Positions 54,901 to 64,000 of a stretch of 64,000 nt of DNA are shown piece after piece. A program made the position numbers and the translations under genes. Origin of the DNA: Eledone cirrhosa (taxonomy: Eukaryota); assembly GCA_964016885.1 (NCBI GenBank), contig OZ024744.1:20584001-20648000 (forward strand). The letters are read 5' to 3'. The notes beneath the pieces were generated by a model. It was not told where the DNA came from. It made no database searches and saw nothing but the letters and a program-made list of their open reading frames with translations. Position 1 is the first letter of the stretch. Every line of letters begins with the position of its first letter.

Positions 54901-57900
54901 TTGAATCTTAAGAACTGACTCGTTTTAACAACAGCTGAATCTTAATATAAAACTCGTTTTAACGACAGCTGATTCTTAAGATAAAACTCGTTTTAACAAC
55001 AGTTGGATCTTAAGAACTGACTCGTTTTAAGAACAGTTGAATCTTACGATAAAACTCGTTTTAACAACAGTTGAATCTTAAGAACTGACTCTTTTTAACA
55101 ACAGTTGAATCTTAAGATAAAACTCGTTTTAACAACAGTTGAATCTTATGAGCTAACTCAGTTTAACAACAGTTGAATCTTAAGTTAAGACCCGTTTTAA
55201 CAACAGTTGAATCTTAAGAACTGACTCGTTTTAACAACAGCTGAATCTTAAGATAAAACTCGTTTTAACAACAGTTGAATCTTAAGAACTGACTCGTTTT
55301 AACAACAGCTGAATCTTAAGATAAAACTCGTTTTAACAACAGTTGAATCTTAAGATAAAACTCGTTTTAACAACAGTTGAATCTTAAGTACTGACTCGTT
55401 TTAACAACAGTTGAATCTTAAGATAAAACTCGTTTTAACAACAGTTGAATCTTATGAGCTAACTCATTTTAACAACAGTTGAATCTTAAGTTAAGACTCG
55501 TTTTAACAACAGTTGTATCTTAAGAACTGACTCGTTTTAACGACAGCTGAATCTTAAGATAAAACTTGTTTTAACAACAGTTGAATCTTAAAGATAAAAC
55601 TCGCTTTAACAACAGTTGAATCTTAAGAACTGACTCGTTTTAACAACAGTTGAATCTTAAGACAAAACCCGTTTTAACAACAGTTGAATCTTAAGAACTG
55701 TCTCGTTTTAACAACAGTTCAATCTTAAGATAAACCTCGTTTTAACAACAGTTTAATCTTAAGAACTGACTCGTTTTAACAACAGTTGAATCTTAAGACA
55801 AAACTCGTTTTAACAACAGTTGAATCTTAAGAACTGACTTGTTCTAACAACAGTTCAGCCTTAAGAAGTGACTCGTTTTAAAACAGTTGAATCGTTAGAA
55901 CTGACTCGTTTTAACAACAGTTGAATCTTAAATTAAAACTCGTTTTAACAATAGTTGAATCTCAAGAACTGACTCGTTTTAGCAACAGTTGAATCTTAAG
56001 ATAACACTCGTTTTCATAACAGTTGAATCTTAAGAACTGTCTCGTTTTAACAACAGTTGAATCTTAAGATAAACCTCGTTTTAACAACAGTTGAATCTTA
56101 AGAACTGACTCGTTTTAACAACAGTTAAATCTTAATAACTGACTCGTTTTAACAACAGTTGAATCTTAAGATAAAACTCGTTTTAACAACTGTTGAATCT
56201 TAAGAACTGACTCGTTTTAACAACAGCTGAATCTTAAGATAAAACTCGTTTTAACAACAGTTGAATCTTAAGAACTGACTCGTTTTAACAACAGTTGAAT
56301 CTTAAGATAAATCCCGTTTTAACAACTGTTGAATCTTAAGAACTGACTCGTTTTAACAACAGCTGAATCTTAAGATAAAACTCGTTTTAACAACAGTTGA
56401 ATCTTAAGAACTGACTCGTTTTAACAACAGTTGAATCTTCAAATAAAACTCGTTTTAACAACAGTTGAATCTTAAGAACTGACTCGTTTTAACAACAGTT
56501 GAATGTTAAGATAAAACTCGTTTTAACAATAGTTGAAACTTAAGAACTGACTCGTTTTAACAACAGTTGAATCTTAAGATAAAACTCGTTTTAACAACAG
56601 TTGAATCTTAAGAACTGACTCGTTTTAACAACAGCTGAATCTTAAGATAAAACTCGTTTTAACAACAGTTGAATCTTAAGAACGGACTCGTTTTAACAAC
56701 AGCTGAATCTTAAGATAAAACTCGTTTTAACGACAGTTCAAACATAAGAACTGACTCGTTTTATCAACAGTTGAATCTTATGAACTGACTCATTTTAACA
56801 ACAGTTGAATCTTAAGATAACATTCGTTTTAACAACAGTTGAATCTTAAGAACTGACTCGTTTTAACAACAGTTGAATCTTAAAGATAAACTCGTTTCAA
56901 CAACAGTTGAATCTTAAGAACTGACTCGTTTTAACATCAGCTGAATCTTAAGATAAAACTCGTTTTAACAACAGTTGAATCTTAAGATAAAACTCGTTTT
57001 AACAACAGTTGAATCTCAAGAACTGACTCGTTTTAACGACAGCTGAATCTTAAGATAAAACTCGTTTTAACAACAGTTCAAACTTAAGAGATGACTCGTT
57101 TTAACAACAGTTGAATCTTATGAACTGAATCATTTTAACAAAAGTTGAATTTTAAGAACTGATTCGTTTTAACAACAGTTGAATCTTAAGGTAAAACTCG
57201 TTTTAACAACAGTTGAATCTTAAGAACTGACTCGTTTTAACAACAGCTGAATCTTAAGATAAAACTCGTTTTAACAACAGTTGAATCTTAAGATAAAACT
57301 CGTTTTAACAACAGTTGAATCTTAAGAACTGACTCGTTTTAACAACAGTTGAATCTTAAGATAAAACTCGTTTGAACAACAGTTGAATCTTATGAACTAA
57401 CTAATTTTTACAACAGTTGAATCTTAAGTTAAGACTCGTTTTAACAACAGTTGAATCTTAAGAACTGACTCGTTTTAACAACAGCTGAATCTTAAGATAA
57501 AACTCGTTTTAACAACAGTTGAATCTTAAAGATAAAACTCGCTTTAACAACAGTTGAATCTTAAGAACTGACTCGTTTTAACAACAGTTGAATCTTAAGA
57601 TAAACCTCGTTTTAACAACAGTTTAATCTTAAGAACTGACTCGTTTTAACAACAGTTGAATCTTAAGACAAAACTCGTTTTAACAACAGTTCAATCTTAA
57701 GAACTGATTTGTTCTAACAACAGTTCAGCCTTAAGAACTGACTCGTTTTAAAACAGTTGAATCGTTAGAACTGACTCGTTTTAACAACAGTTGAATCTTA
57801 AGATAAAACTCGTTTTAACAACAGTTAAATCTAAATAACTGACTCGTTTTAACAACAGTTGAATGTTAAGATAAAACTCGTTTTAACAATAGTTGAATCT

Positions 57901-60050
57901 TAAGAACTGACTCGTTTTAACAACAGTTGAATCTTAAGATAAAACTCGTTTTAACAACTGTTGAATCTTAAGAACTGACTCGTTTTAACAACAGCTGAAT
58001 CTTAAGATAAAACTCGTTTTAACAACAGTTGAATCTTAAGAACTGACTCGTTTTAACAACAGTTGAATCTTAAGATAAAACTCGTTTTAACAACAGTTGA
58101 ATCTTAAGAACTGACTCGTTTTAACAACAGCTGAATCTTAAGATAAAACTCGTTTTAACAACAGTTGAATCCTAAGAACTGACTTGTTTTATCAACAGTC
58201 CAACCGTAAGAACTGACTCGTTTTAACAACAGTTGAATGTTCAAATAAAACTCGTTTTAACAACAGTTGAATCTTAAGAACTGACTCGTTTTAACAACAG
58301 TTGAATCTTAAGAACTGACTCGTTTTAACAACAGTTAAATCTTAATAACTGACTCGTTTTAACAACAGTTGAATGTTAAGATAAAACTCGTTTTAACAAC
58401 AGTTGAATCTTAAGAACTGACTCGTTTTAACAACAGTTGAATCTTCAAATAAAACTCGTTTTAACAACAGTTGAACATTAAGATAAAACTCGTTTTAACA
58501 ACAGTTGAATGTTAAGATAAAACTCGTTTTAACAATAGTTGAATCCTAAGAACTGACTCGTTTTAACAACAGTTGAATCTTAAGATAAAACTCGTTTTAA
58601 CAACAGTTGAATCTTAAGAACTGACTTGTTTTATCAACAGTCCAACCGTAAGAACTGACTCGTTTTAACAACAGTTGAATGTTCAAATAAAACTCGTTTT
58701 AACAACAGTTGAATCTTAAGAACTGACTCGTTTTAACAACAGTTGAATCTTAAGAACTGACTCGTTTTAACAACAGTTAAATCTTAAGAACTGACTCGTT
58801 TTAACAACAGCTGAATCTTAAGATAAAACTCGTTTTAACAACAGTTGAATCTTAAGAACTGACTCGTTTTAACAACAGCTGAATCTTAAGATAAAACTCG
58901 TTTTAACAACAGTTGAATCTTAAGATAAAACTCGTTTTAACAACAGTTGAATGTTAAGAACTGACTCTTTTTAACAACAGTTGAATCTTAAGATAAAACT
59001 CGTTTTAACAACAGTTGAATCTTATGAGCTAACTCATTTTAACAACAGTTGAATCTTAAGTTCAGACTCGTTTTAACAACAGTTGAATCTTAAGAACTGA
59101 CTCGTTTTAACAACAGCTGAATCTTAAGATAAAACTCGTTTTAACAACAGTTGAATCTTAAGAACTGACTCGTTTTAACAACAGCTGAATCTTAAGATAA
59201 AACTCGTTTTAACAACAGTTGAATCTTAAGATAAAACTCGTTTTAACAACAGTTGAATCTTAAGTACTGACTCGTTTTAACAACAGTTGAATCTTAAGAT
59301 AAAACTCGTTTTAACAACAGTTGAATCTTATGAGCTAACTCATTTTAACAACAGTTGAATCTTAAGTTAAGACTCGTTTTAACAACAGTTGAATCTTAAG
59401 AACTGACTCGTTTTAACGACAGCTGAATCTTAAGATAAAACTTGATTTACCAACAGTTGAATCTTAAAGATAAAACTCGCTTTAACAACAGTTGAATCTT
59501 AAGAACTGACTCGTTTTAACAACAGTTGAATCTTAAGACAAAACCCGCTTTAACAACAGTTGAATCTTAAGAACTGTCTCGTTTTAACAACAGTTGAATC
59601 TTAAGATAAACCTCGTTTTAACAACAGTTTAATCTTAAGAACTGACTCGTTTTAACAACAGTTGAATCTTAAGACAAAACTCGTTTTAACAACAGTTGAA
59701 TCTTAAGAACTGACTTGTTCTAACAACAGTTCAGCCTTAAGAACTGACTCGTTTTAAAACAGTTGAATCGTTAGAACTGACTCGTTTTAACAACAGTTGA
59801 ATCTTAAAATAAAACTCGTTTTAACAATAGTTGAATCTCAAGAACTGACTCGTTTTAGCAACAGTTGAATCTTAAGATAACACTCGTTTTCATAACAGTT
59901 GAATCTTAAGAACTGTCTCGTTTTAACAACAGTTGAATCTTAAGATAAACCTCGTTTTAACAACAGTTGAATCTTAAGAACTGACTCGTTTTAACAACAG
60001 TTAAATCTTAATAACAGACTCGTTTTAACAACAGTTGAATCTTAAGATAA
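36000..60050. repeat. Tandem duplication of a ~12-kb (~350-monomer) block: ~36000-47900 and ~47900-60050
   Basis: Offset 11900 (37173/49073; GTTTAATCTTAAGTTCAG ~36506/48406), then 12002 (39655/51657, TTAACATTAG 41461/53463, CTTAGGAAATG ~42530/54532, 43837/55839), then 12138 (45571/57709, 47577/59715, GTCCAACCG 46060/58198). Confidence 0.92.
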
Positions 60051-61019
60051 AACTCGTTTTAACAACTGTTGAATCTTAAGAACTGACTCGTTTTAACAAC
60101 AGCTGAATCTTAAGATAACACTCGTTTTAACAACAGTTGAATCTTAAGAACTGACTCGTTTTAACAACAGTTGAATCTTAAGATAAAACCCGTTTTAACA
60201 ACTGTTGAATCTTAAGAACTGACTCGTTTTAACAACAGCTGAATCTTAAGATAAAACTCGTGTTAACAACAGTTGAATCTTAAGAACTGACTCGTTTTAA
60301 CAACAGTTGAATCTTCAAATAAAACTCGTTTTAACAACAGTTGAATCTTAAGAACTGACTCGTTTTAACAACAGTTGAATGTTAAGATAAAACTCGTTTT
60401 AACAATAGTTGAAACTTAAGAACTGACTCGTTTTAACAACAGTTGAATCTTAAGATAAAACTCGTTTTAACAACAGTTGAATCTTAAGAACTGACTCGTT
60501 TTAACTACAGCTGAATCTTAAGATAAAACTCGTTTTAACAACAGTTGAATCTTAAGAACGGACTCGTTTTAACAACAGCTGAATCTTAAGATAAAACTCG
60601 TTTTAACGACAGTTGAATCTTAAGAACTGATTCGTTTTAACAACAGTTCAAACTTAAGAACTGACTCGTTTTATCAACAGTTGAATCTTATGAACTGACT
60701 CATTTTAACAACAGTTGAATCTTAAGATAACATTCGTTTTAACAACAGTTGAATCTTAAGAACTGACTCGTTTTAACAACAGTTGAATCTTAAAGATAAA
60801 ACTCGTTTCAACAACAGTTGAATCTTAAGAACTAACTCGTTTTAACAACAGCTGAATCTTAAGATAAAACTCGTTTCAACAACAGTTGAATCTTAAGATA
60901 AAACTCGTTTTAACAACAGTTGAATCTTAAGAACTGACTCGTTTTAACGACAGCTGAATCTTAAGATAAAACTCGTTTTAACAACAGTTGAATCTTAAGA
61001 ACAGACTCGTTTTAGCAAC

Positions 61020-64000
61020 AGTTGAATCTTAAGAACTGACTCGTTTTAACAACAGTTGAATGTTAAGATAAAACTCGTTTTAACAATAGTTGAATCTTAA
61101 GAACTGACTCGTTTTAACAACAGTTGAATCTTAAGATAAAACTCGTTTTAACAACAGTTGAATCTTAAGAACTGACTCGTTTTAACAACAGCTGAATCTT
61201 AATATAAAACTCGTTTTAACAACAGTTGAATCTTAAGAACTGACTCGTTTTAACAACAGTTGAATCTTAAGAACTGACTCGTTTTAACGACAGCTGAATC
61301 TTAAGATAAAACTCGTTTTAACAACAGTTGGATCTTAAGAACTGACTCGTTTTAACAACAGTTGAATCTTACGATAAAACTCGTTTTAACAACAGTTGAA
61401 TCTTATGAACTAACTCATTTTAACAACAGTTGAATCTTAAGTTAAGACTCGTTTTAACAACAGTTGAATCTTAAGTTAAGACTCGTTTTAACAACAGTTG
61501 AATCTTAAGAACTGACTCGTTTTAACAACAGTTGAATCTTAAGACAAAACCCGTTTTAACAACAGTTGAATCTTAAGAACTGTCTCGTTTTAACAACAGT
61601 TGAATCTTAAGATAAACCTCGTTTTAACAACAGTTTAATCTTAAGAACAGGCTCGTTTTAACAACAGTTGAATCTTAAGACAAAACTCGTTTTAACAACA
61701 GTTGAATCTTAAGAACTGACTTGTTCTAACAACAGTTCAGCCTTAAGAACTGACTCGTTTTAAAACAGTTGAATCGTTAGAACTGACTCGTTTTAACAAC
61801 AGTTGAATCTTAAAATAAAACTCGTTTTAACAATAGTTGAATCTCAAGAACTGACTCGTTTTAGCAACAGTTGAATCTTAAGATAACACTCGTTTTCATA
61901 ACAGTTGAATCTTAAGAACTGTCTCGTTTCAACAACAGTTGAATTTTAAGATAAACCTCGTTTTGACAACAGTTGAATCTTAAGAACTGACTCGTTTTAA
62001 CAACAGTTAAATCTTAATAACTGACTCGTTTTAACAACAGTTGAATGTTAAGATAAAACTCGTTTTAACAATAGTTGAATCTTAAGAACTGACTCGTTTT
62101 AACAACAGTTGAATCTTAATATAAAACTCGTTTTAACAACTGTTGAATCTTAAGAACTGACTCGTTTTAACAACAGCTGAATCTTAAGATAAAATTCGTT
62201 TTAACAACAGTTGAATCTTAAGAACTGACTCGTTTTAACAACAGTTGAATCTTCAAATAAAACTCGTTTTAACAACAGTTGAATGTTATGATAAAACTCG
62301 TTTTAACAATAGTGGAATCTTAAGAACTGACTCGTTTTAACAACAGTTGATTCTTAAGATAAAACTCGTTTTAACAACAGTTCAATCTTAAGAACTGACT
62401 CGTTTTAACAACAGCTGAATCTTAAGATAAAACTCGTTTTAACAACAGTTCAAACTTAAGAAATGACTCGTTTTAACAAAAGTTGAATCTTATGAACTGA
62501 CTCATTTTAACAACAGTTGAATCTTAAGATAACATTCGTTTTAACAACAGTTGAATCTTAAGAACTGACTCGTTTTAACAACAGTTGAATCTTAAAGATA
62601 AAACTCGTTTCGACAACAGTTGAATCTTAAGAACTGACTCGTTTTAACAACAGCTGAATCTTAAGATAAAACTCGTTTTAACAACAGTTGAATCTTAAGA
62701 TAAAACTCGTTTTAACAACAGTTGAATCTTAAGAACTGACTCGTTTTAACGACAGCTGAATCTTAAGATAAAACTCGTTTTAACAACAGTTCAAACTTAA
62801 GAAATGACTCGTTTTAACAACAGTTGAATCTTATGAACTGACTCATTTTAACAACAGTTGAATCTTAAGAACTGATTCGTTTTAACAACAGCTGAATCTT
62901 AAGATAAAACTCGTTTTAACAACAGTTGAATCTTTAGAACTGACTCGTTTTAACAACAGCTGAATCTTAAGATAAAACTCGTTTTAACAACAGTTGAATC
63001 TTAAGAACTGACTCGTTTTAACAACAGCTGAATCTTAAGATAAAACTCGTTTTAACAACAGTTGAATCTTAAGATAAAACTCGTTTTAACAACAGTTGAA
63101 TCTTAAGAACTGACTCGTTTTAACAACAGCTGAATCTTAAGATAAAACTCGTTTAACAACAGTTGAATCTTAAGATAAAACTCGTTTTAACAACAGTTGA
63201 ATCTTAAGTACTGACTCGTTTTAACAACAGTTGAATCTTAAGATAAAACTCGTTTTAACAACAGTTGAATCTTATGAGCTAACTCATTTTAACAACAGTT
63301 GAATCTTAAGTTAAGACTCGTTTTAACAACAGTTGAATCTTAAGAACTGACTCGTTTTAACGACAGCTGAATCTTAAGATAAAACTTGATTTAACAACAG
63401 TTGAATCTTAAGAACTGACTCGTTTTAACAACAGTTGAATCTTAAGACAAAACCCGTTTTAACAACAGTTGAATCTTAAGAACTGTCTCGTTTTAACAAC
63501 AGTTGAATCTTAAGATAAACCTCGTTTTAACAACAGTTTAATCTTAAGAACTGACTCGTTTTAACAACAGTTGAATCTTAAGACAAAACTCGTTTTAACA
63601 ACAGTTGAATCTTAAGAACTGACTTGTTCTAACAACAGTTCAGCCTTAAGAACTGACTCGTTTTAAAACAGTTGAATCGTTAGAACTGACTCGTTTTAAC
63701 AACAGTTGAATCTTAAAATAAAACTCGTTTTAACAATAGTTGAATCTCAAGAACTGACTCGTTTTAGCAACAGTTGAATCTTAAGATAACACTCGTTTTC
63801 ATAACAGTTGAATCTTAAGAACTGTCTCGTTTTAACAACAGTTGAATCTTAAGATAAACCTCGTCTTAACAACAGTTGAATCTTAAGAACTGACTCGTTT
63901 TAACAACAGTTAAATCTTAATAACAGACTCGTTTTAACAACAGTTGAATCTTAAGATAAAACTCGTTTTAACAACTGTTGAATCTTAAGAACTGACTCGT
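61020..64000. repeat. Third partial copy of the block at ~38950-41930 / ~50950-53930
   Basis: Offset 22066 from the first copy: TTGTTC 39655/61721 and 41558/63624; GTTATGATAAAA ~40219/52221/62285; 3-T CTCGTTTAAC ~41083/53085/63149. Confidence 0.85.

Larger units (their letters stand above)
1..64000. repeat. 34-bp tandem satellite array (~1,880 monomers), two major monomer types A (...CTTAAGAACTG) and B (...CTTAAGATAAA); runs off both window ends
   Basis: CTCG motif starts at 4, 38, 72, i.e. period 34. The consensus ACTCGTTTTAACAACAGTTGAATCTTAAGA[ACTG/TAAA] is recognisable in every line, always in the same orientation, typically 0-4 differences per monomer. Copy number is 64000/34. Confidence 0.99.

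Noticed and set aside
1-64000. CRISPR array
   Set aside because: Units are directly adjacent. The variable part is only ~4 bp with two main states, so there are no unique spacers, leader or cas genes.
1-64000. Repetitive protein-coding ORF on either strand
   Set aside because: The period of 34 is not a multiple of 3. The plus-strand consensus has stops in all three frames per monomer (TAA at 9, TGA at 19, TAA at 26). On the minus strand, two TAA per monomer close all frames within two monomers. Under a TAA-reassigned (ciliate-type) code the minus strand would be more open, but recurrent TGA variants, 1-bp indels and lack of codon-position bias argue against coding.
1-64000. Plasmid/phage iterons or GANTC (CcrM/HinfI) methylation-site array
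   Set aside because: GAATC and GACTC do occur once or twice per monomer, but there is no rep gene or bacterial context, and the scale far exceeds known iteron clusters.
1-64000. Transcription-factor site arrays (Myb-like CAGTTG, E-box CAGCTG, AP-1 TGACTCA) or promoters
   Set aside because: Short motifs are expected by chance in any monomer and are multiplied by amplification; no functional evidence from sequence alone.
1-64000. Transposon insertions (e.g. at the abundant TTAA piggyBac-type target sites) or inversions
   Set aside because: No non-satellite sequence, terminal repeats or strand switch was seen anywhere in the window.
1-64000. Telomeric repeat or rolling-circle/sequencing concatemer of one short template
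   Set aside because: There is no G-rich telomere-like strand. Variants recur in ordered, hierarchically nested blocks, which fits evolutionary duplication rather than telomerase synthesis or random read error, though individual large duplications still need read validation.

Overview
The whole 64 kb window is one uninterrupted, head-to-tail, single-orientation tandem array of an AT-rich (~30% GC) 34-bp monomer, about 1,880 copies. The consensus is ACTCGTTTTAACAACAGTTGAATCTTAAGA followed by ACTG (type A) or TAAA (type B). A and B monomers mostly alternate as a loose 68-bp dimer. Above that sit recurring cassettes of variant monomers and nested multi-kilobase duplications (offsets of about 3.0, 4.3, 6.1, 8.0, 12.0 and 12.5 kb) that can be traced by shared rare variants. 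I found no ORFs, RNA genes, transposons or unique sequence. The best interpretation is satellite DNA, probably eukaryotic heterochromatic or (peri)centromeric, but neither organism nor function can be read from the sequence. The B monomer has CRISPR-repeat-like GTTTTA...TAAAAC ends, but there are no spacers, so it is not called CRISPR. I see no gene-encoded novel system; the interest lies in repeat architecture. Coordinates and counts were read by eye, and duplication boundaries are approximate.
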